Assembly: GCA_963789635.1 (NCBI GenBank)
Contig: CAWBLF010000001.1
Span: 59,568-123,567, forward strand
Source: an uncultured bacterium
GTDB lineage: Bacteria; Patescibacteriota; Minisyncoccia; Phycocordibacterales; Zambryskibacteraceae
DNA: 64,000 nt
Direction: 5' to 3'
A model generated the notes under the pieces. It saw nothing but the letters and a program-made list of their open reading frames with translations, searched no databases and was not told the origin of the DNA. Below are positions 37,989-46,074 of this stretch, piece after piece. The position numbers and the translations under genes are program-made. Within the stretch, counting starts at the first letter, position 1; each line of letters opens with the position of its first letter.

Positions 37989-38041
37989 GCTTTTCGTCTG
38001 AAGCCTATTATAGCGAAAAAAAGAGAGAAGCGCTTAACCAC

Positions 38042-38070
38042 TTGACAGAAAAATTGTTATATGCTAGACT
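38042..38070 (+). promoter_or_regulatory. Sigma70-type promoter in front of the sRNA candidate
   Basis: TTGACA (38042-38047), a 17-nt spacer, then TAGACT (38065-38070). No protein-coding gene lies downstream on this strand. Confidence 0.5.
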
Positions 38071-38076
38071 ATTCGG

Positions 38077-38292
38077 TGATATAGGAAAGGGTAAAAGACA
38101 AGCAATTCTCCCAGCTTCTTTGGAATCCAAAATATAAATCTCTAAGCAACGAGGCTCTCGGGCTTACCAGACGTTCCTTCAAGGACGTCCTGGCTGGACT
38201 TGTTCTATGCTGGGGCTATCCTCAGAGTTACGCCGGACTTTCAGTATGATTATTGAAAGTGTTGCTTAGAGATTTATGTTTTGGATTTTTTT
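38077..38292 (+). ncRNA. Candidate structured small RNA (unassigned family)
   Basis: A 25-bp closing stem pairs 38126-38150 with 38261-38285. Its single non-Watson-Crick position is G-U only on the + strand, and it is followed by T7 (38286-38292). Internal hairpins: CCAGACGTTCC..GGACGTCCTGG and ACTTTCA..TGAAAGT. The start is inferred from the promoter. Confidence 0.5.
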
Positions 38293-38361
38293 GTAACCAA
38301 AACACTCTCTAGCCCCATTATTCATAAAAGAAAATTGCAGGCAATAGAAAAAAACAATGTG

Positions 38362-40050
38362 TCACTCTTCTTTCTCCAGGTCAATAACTCTTGCCAATTC
38401 TGCCATTGATGTCGTACCTTGAAGCACTTTTATAATACCGTCTTGTTTCATAGAGAGTATGTTTTGAGGAGCGGCCACCTTTCTTATCTCCCTTTCACTC
38501 GGGTTTGTCAGTACGACTTTTTCAATAGCTTCGTCCGCCAAAATTGCCTCAAAGATACCGATTCTGCCCACAAAACCCAACATATTGCATTTTTCACATC
38601 CGACCGATTCCCAAACCTTTTCTCTTTGTATTCCATCCAAATATGATTTGTCTGTCACACTTTCGAGTGTCGTCTCTATGATTTTTTTGTCAGCATCTCC
38701 GGCTACAACTTCTTTTTTGCAGTAAGGGCAAAGGACACGAACCAATCTTTGGGCTATGGAAATGTTGATAGCGGAAGTAATCACTTTCGGGTTTACTCCC
38801 AAGTCCATGAGACGAGGGAATGACCCCGCGGCGTTGTTTGTGTGTAGTGTCGATAAAACCAAGTGACCGGTGAGGGCAGCGTTTATGGCTGTCTCAGCGG
38901 TTTCATTGTCACGAATTTCACCGACCATAATGACATCTGGGTCTTGTCTCAGAGCGGCGCGCAATCCAGCGGCGAATGTATAATTTGTATCCTCGTTTGT
39001 TTGTGTTTGCACGATACCTTGCAAATGATATTCAATAGGATTTTCAATAGTTATCACTTTTATCTCCGGATTGTATATTTTTTTCAAAAAAGCGTAGAGG
39101 GTAGTAGTTTTTCCAGAACCGGTAGGGCCGGTGACCAATATCATCCCGTTTGGTTTGTTTATTTCATGAAGAAATATTTTTAATAGTCTGGGGTGTATGC
39201 CTCGTCCCTCGAGATCTACGGATGTGGCTTTCGGATTGAGCAATCGCAAAACCACGGATTCGGTGTAAGCGCCCGGCAGTAGGGAAGTACGAACTTCCAC
39301 ATCACCGTCGGGAATTTTGATTGAGAAGCGACCATCTTGAGCTCCGGTGACGTTTAGTTTCAGATCAGAAATAAGTTTTATGCGGGAAAGAAGGAGTTTG
39401 AAAGTTTCGTGGTCAAAATACAAAATGTCGGTGAGAACTCCATCCAAACGATACCGTAAACGCACCTGGACCTCTTCGGGCTCAATGTGTACGTCTGACG
39501 CTTTCATCGCCAAGGCTCCGGCAAGAATAATTTCAAAAATTTTCGATATGCGATAACTTTTTTTTGCTGAGAGGACCTTGTCAATTTCGTTTTTAAGCGA
39601 ACCGACGTTTGTAACATTTTTTAGAAGATTGGCAATTTCTTCGTTTGAGATATCCAAGGCGCCACCTTGTGTTTCAAATGAATAGGAAAGGTCTTTGTAG
39701 CGGTTCCACACTTTGTTCAGACTCTCGTGAGAAACCATATAAATGGTAGGGATATATCCTGCTTCTTTGAGCTTGCTCACAGCTTCTTGGGTTTCCGAAC
39801 TTTCGGGCGCCAACACAGCCACGTCAATTTTTTTATCGATTACGTTAAAGACCGCAACCTTGGCGGCGCGAGCATCTTCTTCACGGATAACCCTGAGCGC
39901 GTCAATGTTTATAGGTACAGCGGATAGGTCCAAGTAGGCCACGCCATATTTGGTGGAGAGCATTTGAGCCAGGTCCTCTTCTTCCTTTTTTTTAAGAACC
40001 TCAAAGCTTTTTAGTTGTTTTTCTTCGTTGAATTCTGGAAGATCTGGCAT
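38362..40050 (-). CDS. pilB: Type IV pilus assembly ATPase PilB / GspE family
   Basis: Walker A GPTGSGKTTTLY, Asp box, Walker B VIMVGEIRD, His box LTGHLVLSTLHTN and a tetracysteine motif CPYC...CEKC. The start is placed at MPDLPEF (40050) inside ORF 38362..40131. Confidence 0.9.
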   Translation of the reverse strand: MPDLPEFNEEKQLKSFEVLKKKEEEDLAQMLSTKYGVAYLDLSAVPINIDALRVIREEDARAAKVAVFNVIDKKIDVAVLAPESSETQEAVSKLKEAGYIPTIYMVSHESLNKVWNRYKDLSYSFETQGGALDISNEEIANLLKNVTNVGSLKNEIDKVLSAKKSYRISKIFEIILAGALAMKASDVHIEPEEVQVRLRYRLDGVLTDILYFDHETFKLLLSRIKLISDLKLNVTGAQDGRFSIKIPDGDVEVRTSLLPGAYTESVVLRLLNPKATSVDLEGRGIHPRLLKIFLHEINKPNGMILVTGPTGSGKTTTLYAFLKKIYNPEIKVITIENPIEYHLQGIVQTQTNEDTNYTFAAGLRAALRQDPDVIMVGEIRDNETAETAINAALTGHLVLSTLHTNNAAGSFPRLMDLGVNPKVITSAINISIAQRLVRVLCPYCKKEVVAGDADKKIIETTLESVTDKSYLDGIQREKVWESVGCEKCNMLGFVGRIGIFEAILADEAIEKVVLTNPSEREIRKVAAPQNILSMKQDGIIKVLQGTTSMAELARVIDLEKEE

Positions 40051-40194
40051 GGTGGATAGTATGTGGATATTGTAGCATTTTACAGTCTCCGTTCCACTCC
40101 TTTTGACGCTGTACTTGACAATTTTGGGCAAAGTATGATATAATAGACAGAGTAAAGAAGGGCATCAGGAGTCCATCTTATCGTGGAGGTCTCA

Positions 40195-40581
40195 ATGTTT
40201 CGCCCAAATAAGCTCATTCTCGTGTTGTTCGCGGTGGCCACAGCCGGCTGTGGCGGAAGTATCGGCATTACTGGTGTGGGAGGGGTAATCAACATCGGTT
40301 TTGCCCAACCCATGCCCGTCACCAACTTGGTGTCAAGGCAGCAGGTGACCTTCGTGGATGTGGTAAATCCATGCAACCCCGCCAAGACGGTGTTGCGACT
40401 CACACTGTCGGAGGGGGGTAACATTTACCCCTCCAAGTTCAACTGTTACTTACCATATAGTTTTCAACTGATGGCCAAGGGCTATCTTGTTGAAGGAGAC
40501 ACGGTTTACGTCGGGTACGCGACGACGTACGTAAACCGTCAATACCCACAGGCGTGGAACATCACCTACCTGTGGCAGTAG
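40195..40581 (+). CDS. Putative lipoprotein
   Basis: MFRPNKLILVLFAVATAGCGG (lipobox ATAG|C), with GGAGG located 5-9 nt upstream of the ATG. Confidence 0.6.
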   Translation: MFRPNKLILVLFAVATAGCGGSIGITGVGGVINIGFAQPMPVTNLVSRQQVTFVDVVNPCNPAKTVLRLTLSEGGNIYPSKFNCYLPYSFQLMAKGYLVEGDTVYVGYATTYVNRQYPQAWNITYLWQ

Positions 40582-40583
40582 AA

Positions 40584-40617
40584 AAAGGGGGCGCGCAGTC
40601 ATCACGGCGCGCCCTTT
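40584..40617 (+). terminator. Rho-independent terminator-like GC hairpin
   Basis: aaaGGGGGCGCGCagtcatcacGGCGCGCCCttt. Confidence 0.6.
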
Positions 40618-40640
40618 CATATTGCCAAAATTTAACTAAA

Positions 40641-41096
40641 ATGAAGGAAACACACATGAAAACGACTGTTTCAAAAAATATTGAGGATACCCGCAAGTTG
40701 GCAGTTACTTTTTTGCAAAATCTCAAAGCATCCCAAAAAGGAGCCACCGTAGTATGCTTATCTGGAGATTTGGGTTCCGGCAAAACCGCTTTCGCAAAAG
40801 AAGTCGGTGACATTGTCGGTATTCCGCGTGATGAAATCACCAGCCCCACGTTTGTCATAATGAAAATATTTGATATACAGCACCCAGACTTTAAACGTTT
40901 GATTCACATTGATGCTTACAGGCTTCAAAAAGAAAACGAACTGATAAATCTAGGTTGGAATGAAATAATTGATGAACCGAAAAATCTTATTCTTATTGAA
41001 TGGCCGGAAATGGTGCGGGGACTTATACCAAAAGACGCGCAGACGATAAAGTTTACTTTTGTTGATGAGCAAACAAGAGAAATAAAAGTTGAATAA
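40641..41096 (+). CDS. tsaE: tRNA threonylcarbamoyladenosine biosynthesis ATPase TsaE (YjeE)
   Basis: VVCLSGDLGSGKTAFAKEV...ITSPTFVIMKIF...HIDAYRL...GWNE. The start is taken at MKETHMKTT (40641). Confidence 0.85.
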   Translation: MKETHMKTTVSKNIEDTRKLAVTFLQNLKASQKGATVVCLSGDLGSGKTAFAKEVGDIVGIPRDEITSPTFVIMKIFDIQHPDFKRLIHIDAYRLQKENELINLGWNEIIDEPKNLILIEWPEMVRGLIPKDAQTIKFTFVDEQTREIKVE

Positions 41097-41157
41097 CGAA
41101 TGTCGAATAGTGAATGAACGAAAAATCATTATTCTTAATTCCATATTCATTATTCAA
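41097..41157. repeat. GAATA/TATTC-rich palindromic intergenic element (copy R2)
   Basis: Left arm: CGAATAGTGAATGAACGAA. Right arm: ATTCCATATTCATTATTCAA (41138-41157), 21 nt before the polA ATG. Confidence 0.55.
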
Positions 41158-41177
41158 ATCCAGGTAACAAAAGTTTT

Positions 41178-43591
41178 ATGCCCACACAAGAAATAAAGAA
41201 AAAAAATTCAGCAAACAATAAACGCAGGCTTGTGTTGCTCGACACTCACGCTATTTTGCATAGGGCTTACCACGCCCTGCCGGAGTTTTCTTCGTCAAAA
41301 GGCGAACCTACTGGGGCATTGTATGGGCTTGTCGCTATGCTCATAAAAATTATCGGCGAGCTCAAACCGGATTATGTGGTCGCTTGCTATGACCTGCCTG
41401 GCCCCACCTATCGTCATGAAGCGTATGAAGGTTACAAAGGCACCCGCAAAGAAATTGAAAGTGATCTGGTGGCTCAGATCAAGCGCTCAAACGACGTATT
41501 TAATTCCTTTCACATCCCCATATATTCATCCCCCGGTTTTGAAGCGGATGATATTCTCGGCACCATTGTGGAAGAGACAAAAAATGACAAAGACTTGGAA
41601 GTTGTGATTGCATCCGGTGATATGGACACATTGCAACTTGTAAATGGCGAGAAAGTGAAAGTTTACACTTTGAAAAAAGGGATTAACGACACGATTTTGT
41701 ACAACGAAAAAAAAGTGCAAGAAAGATTTGGTTTTCCGGCAAAACTTTTGCCGGACTACAAAGGGCTTCGAGGTGATCCATCGGACAACATCATCGGCAT
41801 AAAAGGGATCGGAGAAAAAACAGCCACTACTCTCATAACCACTTTTGGGGCCATTGAGAATATGTATAAACTTTTAAAGAAAGACAGTGAACCTTTCAAA
41901 AAAGCTGGAATTACACCGCGGATAATTGAGCTTTTGAAAAACAACGAGGAGGAAGCCATCTTTTCCAAAATGTTGGCGACCATTCGTCGTGATGCACCAA
42001 TCTCTTTTTCTTTGGGGAAGCCGTGGAGAGAGTCATTCTCTCAAACTGATGCCGAGGCCCTGTTTTTGGATTTGGATTTTCGCACCCTAAGTCAGCGTTT
42101 GTCTTCCGTCATGAATCTTGAAACCAAAAGTAGTTCGCCGGTTCAAGCGTCACTGACCGCGACACTAGACAGAATCGATAGACGGGCAAGAGCTGGAAGA
42201 GACGACTTTGGCATTGTGGGTGGTTGACTCCAATTTTACCAACCCTACCCAAGATGATGTTTTGCGTTTTGCAAAGACGAACGACTTTAAAAAAGCCAAA
42301 GAAATTATTTTTGCAGAGCTCAAAAAAAGAGGTGGGGAATTTGTTTATTATGAAATTGAAAAGCCCCTGATTCCGATTGTGAGACAAATGGAAGAGACGG
42401 GAGTGAAGATAGATAAAATTTATCTGAAGGAACTTTCGCGTAATTATCACAAAAAGCTCGATGCTTTGGAGAAAAAAATTTGGGCGTTGGCTGGAGAAGA
42501 ATTCAATATCAATTCCCCCAAACAAGTGGGGAATATCCTTTTCGACAAACTGCAGCTCACGGCCAAAAATATGAAGAAAACAGCAGGCGGGGAGAAATCG
42601 ACTCGGGAAAGCGAGCTCGAAAAACTAAAAGACCTGCACCCGATTATTCCGCTCATTCTTGAATACCGCGAGTTTCAAAAACTTCTCTCCACATATATAG
42701 ATAATATTCCGGATATGCTGGACAAAAACGATCGTCTGCATACCAGCTCTGCGCCAGGCGGGCACCACTACCGGCAGAATGTCTTCTACAAATCCGAATC
42801 TTCAAAATATTCCAATTAAGACCGAACTCGGAAGAAATATTCGAAATGCTTTCGTGGCCGAAGAAGGATACTCGTTTGTGTCATTTGATTATTCACAAAT
42901 TGAATTGAGAGTGGCGGCCATTCTTTCCGACGATGAAAAACTTTTGGAAATTTTTCGCAACGGAGAGGATGTCCACACCGCGGTGGCGTCGCAAGTCTTC
43001 GGCGTGCCGTTTGATAAAGTCGATAAGGAAATGCGTCGCAAGGCCAAAGTCATCAATTTTGGGATTCTTTACGGCATGGGCGTCAACGCTCTGAAGCAAA
43101 ACTTGGGAGGAACCCGCGAAGAAGCCCAGATTTTTTACAACGAATACTTTGCCAAATTTGAAGGAATTTCCAAATACCTGGACAGAATTAGAGCCGAAGC
43201 TACTCGAAAAGGGTACACAGAAACCCTTTTTGGAAGGCGTCGTTATGTGGAAGGTATTCAATCAAAGATTCCATACATTCGCTCAGCCGCAGAAAGGATG
43301 GCAATCAATGCGCCAATTCAAGGCACGGCCACCGGTGATATTATGAAACTTGCCATGAAAGCTATCGCCCAATTTATTAAAGATAAAAAACTTGGTAAAG
43401 ATGTAAGAATGCTTTTGCAAATTCATGACGAGTTGGTATTTGAAATTAAAAAAGAAAAAGTTAATACCGTCATGCCAGAAATAAAAAAACTAATGGAGAA
43501 TGTCCTTACGCCGGAACAATCCAAAGGAGTGGTATTGGTTGCCAACGGTGAAGCAGGCAAGAATTGGGGAGACGGAGTGGAAATTAACTGA
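41178..43591 (+). CDS. polA: DNA polymerase I (5'-3' exonuclease + family A polymerase; no recognisable 3'-5' exonuclease motifs), split into three ORFs by two +1 frame changes
   Basis: ORF 41178..42227: LLDTHAILHRAYHA...YKGTR...GFEADDILGT...GIKGIGEKTA. ORF 42208..42819: ...YYEIEKPLIPIVRQME.TGVKID...LILEYREFQKLLSTYID...RLHTS. ORF 42779..43591: (GTTTGR)MSSTNPNLQNIPIK...FDYSQIELRV...KVINFGILYGMG...QIHDELVFE. Confidence 0.9.
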
Positions 43592-43619
43592 TGTCGATTT
43601 TGGGATTGATAAACAATTT

Positions 43620-44345
43620 ATGATTTACCTCATTTACGGAAATAAAAATGATGAGATTCGCGACAAAGTGCACTCGATAGTGGCTACCCAGGTGGCCAAA
43701 AAACTGGACGCCCTCCATTTTCGAGTGGATAGGGAAAACTGGGAAAAGACCAATCTTGAAGAGCTTTTACAAGGTCAGGGGTTGTTTGTCCAAAAATATA
43801 TCGTGATTTTTGACCATCTGCTTAAGGAAAAAGGTGAGGAGCAAAGAGACGAGGCCTTATTGGGAAGATTGGCCGACTTCGCAAAGTCAGAACATATTTT
43901 TATATTTGCCGAGGGGGAATTGACCAAAGAAATTTTGAAAAAATTTGAAAAGAAAGCAGAAAAAGTCCAAGAAATTTCTAACGCAGAAAAAAATGGTAAA
44001 GAAAAATTTAATATTTTTTCCCTGACAGACGCTTTTGGAAATCGTAATAAAAAAAACCTATGGGTGCTTTATCAGAAAGCGCTGATGGCGGGCGTGATAC
44101 CGGAAGAAATACACCCTGTGCTATTTTGGCAGGTGAGAGCCATGCTGGCTTCCTCCCGATCGCATTCTGCTGTCGAATCCGGTTTGAACCCTTATGTCTA
44201 TAACAAGGCCAAAATGTTTGCAGGGAATTTTTCTGGGGAAGAACTTCGAAAATTATCATCAAAACTTGTCACTCTTTATCACGACACCCGCAGGGGAAGG
44301 GTTGAATTTGATAGCGAGATGGAGAAACTTATTTTGGCATTGTAG
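43620..44345 (+). CDS. holA: DNA polymerase III delta subunit-like (HolA-like)
   Basis: MIYLIYGNKNDEIRDKV...LLQGQGLFVQKYIVIFDHL... and C-terminal LFWQVRAML. The assignment is weak and based on length, pattern and its position after polA. Confidence 0.55.
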   Translation: MIYLIYGNKNDEIRDKVHSIVATQVAKKLDALHFRVDRENWEKTNLEELLQGQGLFVQKYIVIFDHLLKEKGEEQRDEALLGRLADFAKSEHIFIFAEGELTKEILKKFEKKAEKVQEISNAEKNGKEKFNIFSLTDAFGNRNKKNLWVLYQKALMAGVIPEEIHPVLFWQVRAMLASSRSHSAVESGLNPYVYNKAKMFAGNFSGEELRKLSSKLVTLYHDTRRGRVEFDSEMEKLILAL

Positions 44346-44420
44346 GTAAATATAGACAAAACAAAATATTTTCGCTATAGTTTTGTTCATGTTTTGAGAG
44401 TTTTCCTTTTTTCTCAATTC

Positions 44421-44623
44421 CAATTAAATATGCGCCCATAGCTGTTTTGGTAGGTATACAGGGAATGTGGTAAGTTTGAAAAGTAAATAAATTATGCGCC
44501 CATAGCTGTTTTGGTAGGTATACAGGGAATGTGGTAAGTTTGAAAAGTAAATAAATTATGCGCCCATAGCTGTTTTGGTAGGTATACAGGGAATGTGGTA
44601 AGTTTGAAAAGTAAATAAATTAT
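44421..44623 (+). repeat. Tandem 64-bp repeat (3 units) made of the tRNA-Lys 5' end fused to a conserved core, directly abutting the tRNA
   Basis: Units start at 44432, 44496 and 44560 (period 64), and the true tRNA starts at 44624. The unit is GCGCCCATAGCT+GTTTTGGTAGGTATAC+agggaatgtggtaagtttgaaaagtaaataaattat. Confidence 0.9.
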
Positions 44624-44696
44624 GCGCCCATAGCTCAGCTGGTAGAGCAGATCCCTCTTAAGGATAAGGTCGTAGGTTCGATCCCTACTGGGCGCA
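44624..44696 (+). tRNA. tRNA-Lys (anticodon CTT)
   Basis: Hand-folded cloverleaf: acceptor GCGCCCA/TGGGCGC, D arm GCTC-AGCTGGTA-GAGC, anticodon loop CT-CTT-AA, T arm GTAGG-TTCGATC-CCTAC. Confidence 0.9.
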
Positions 44697-45029
44697 CAAA
44701 ATACAGAAACATCCCGCCTGCGCGGGATTTTCTGATTCTGTGCGAGGCGCAGACATGTTTTGTAGTAACAAAACAGTCGAGCCGGGGTCGCGAGATTTTT
44801 CTGCAGAAAAATACTTGTGACCACAAATACAGAAACATCCCGCCTGCGCGGGATTTTCTGATTCTGTGCGAGGCGCAGACATGTTTTGTAGTAACAAAAC
44901 AGTCGAGCCGGGTGAGAGCGAACACTCGGAGCTTTGCAAGACCTTGAGCGTTTTGTATTCAAAATGCGAAAGGTGTACAGATCCTGTAAGGATCGCGGAA
45001 ATTTTCAGTAGAAAATTATCTGTGACCAC
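44695..45029 (+). repeat. Two tandem copies of the tRNA-trailer composite element (H1-H2-H3-GTGACCAC); the second copy carries an ~85-nt insertion
   Basis: Copy 1 spans 44695-44824 and copy 2 spans 44822-45029. The first ~90 nt are identical (period 126). See findings for the hairpin structure. Confidence 0.85.
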
Positions 45030-45036
45030 TAGACAC

Positions 45037-45444
45037 TTACAAAGGCAAATCAAAAGCGAGGAAACCGGCGCCAGTGAAAAGAAGTGACAGAGCGATGACA
45101 AAGATAAGAAGATAAAATGCCATATCGCGTTTCATCAAAGTCTCTTCGTGGTATTCAATAAACATTTCTATGCCGTTGAGAATAACGAAAACTAGCGCAG
45201 CAATTTGGGTGTAGAAACCGACAATAAGAGCGACACCGCCAATAATCTCAATCGTGCCGACAATAACAGTGCCAAATTCTTTTTGTTTGTTAAGACCGAT
45301 GAGCTTAAAAATGGTCTCCCAACTGTCTCTTTCACGGGTGAGCTTGAGGTAGCCGAGGTTGGCCAAGATGAAGCCGATAGTGACCCGTAGAAAAAACGGT
45401 CCGATAAGAGAATATGTCAATAAGTCTGGAAATGGATTAAGCAT
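45037..45444 (-). CDS. DoxX-family membrane protein
   Basis: 135 aa with four TM segments: LIGPFFLRVTIGFILANLGYLKL...GTIEIIGGVALIVGFYTQIAALVFVIL. Confidence 0.7.
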   Translation of the reverse strand: MLNPFPDLLTYSLIGPFFLRVTIGFILANLGYLKLTRERDSWETIFKLIGLNKQKEFGTVIVGTIEIIGGVALIVGFYTQIAALVFVILNGIEMFIEYHEETLMKRDMAFYLLIFVIALSLLFTGAGFLAFDLPL

Positions 45445-45461
45445 AGGAAGATAATAACATA

Positions 45462-45548
45462 ACGAATAATGAATATCGAATAAGGAATATTGGGAGAAGC
45501 CAAATCGTTATTTGCTTTCATCCCCCGCATTCTTTATTCTTGATTCAA
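45462..45548. repeat. GAATA/TATTC-rich palindromic intergenic element (copy R3)
   Basis: ACGAATAATGAATATCGAAT (45462-45481) is the reverse complement of ATTCGATATTCATTATTCGT. A degenerate forward copy, ATTCTTTATTCTTGATTCAA, lies at 45529-45548. The element sits between divergent doxX-like and trmH-like genes. Confidence 0.55.
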
Positions 45549-45597
45549 AAATAATCAAAAACTTTTCAAAACCAATTCTTTCCGCTATAGTTCGCAC

Positions 45598-46074
45598 ATG
45601 AAAAAGGATAAACTTTCCTACCTAGTTCTTCATAATATAAGAAGCTCACAGAACGTCGGGTCGCTTTTTCGCACTGCCGACGCAGCCGGAATTACAAAGG
45701 TTTTTTTGACGGGTTATACTCCGGCGCCTCTCGACCGATTTAACCGTCCGGTAAAGGAAATCGCGAAGACAGCTCTAGGCGCCGAAAAAAGCGTACCTTG
45801 GGAGAAAACCACTTTCACAAAATGTGTGGAAAAATTGAAAAAGGAAAAAACATTTATTGTCGGCATCGAGCAGGACAATAAATCGATTCCATACAAAAAA
45901 ATAAAAATTAAATACCCTACTGCCTTTGTGTTGGGTAATGAAGTAGAAGGACTTGATGGCAAGGCCCGCAAAGCCTGTGACACCCTTGCGGAAATTCCCA
46001 TGAGGGGCTCCAAAGAATCGCTCAATGTTTCTGTGGCTGGTGGAATAGCAATGTTTCAAATACTCGGGGTCTAG
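45598..46074 (+). CDS. SpoU/TrmH-family RNA 2'-O-methyltransferase
   Basis: NIRSSQNVGSLFRTADAAG, FVLGNEVEGL, IPMRGSKESLNVSVAGGIAMF (SPOUT motifs 1-3). Confidence 0.85.
   Translation: MKKDKLSYLVLHNIRSSQNVGSLFRTADAAGITKVFLTGYTPAPLDRFNRPVKEIAKTALGAEKSVPWEKTTFTKCVEKLKKEKTFIVGIEQDNKSIPYKKIKIKYPTAFVLGNEVEGLDGKARKACDTLAEIPMRGSKESLNVSVAGGIAMFQILGV

Noticed and set aside
38126-38285. Assignment of the 38-kb structured RNA to SRP RNA, tmRNA or RNase P RNA
   Set aside because: No GGAAGCAGCC-type SRP domain IV motif and no tRNA-like tmRNA ends are present. The GAAAGTCCGG-like string on the minus strand lacks the complementary P4 partner, and strand-specific G-U pairs favour the plus strand. It is left unassigned, with a 6S-like architecture only as a possibility.
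41178-42227. Natural split of Pol I into a separate 5'-3' exonuclease gene
   Set aside because: Stand-alone 5' nucleases do exist. Here, however, the downstream frame is open and coherent back to 42173 with no start codon or RBS. The second break cuts a universally conserved motif, so both breaks look like frame disruptions of a single gene.
44492-45101. ORFs 44492..44962, 44635..44925, 44685..45101 (minus strand) and 44866..45087 (plus strand)
   Set aside because: They run antisense through, or within, the tandem repeats, tRNA-Lys and the trailer elements. Their repetitive peptide sequences simply mirror the DNA repeats, so they are judged non-coding.
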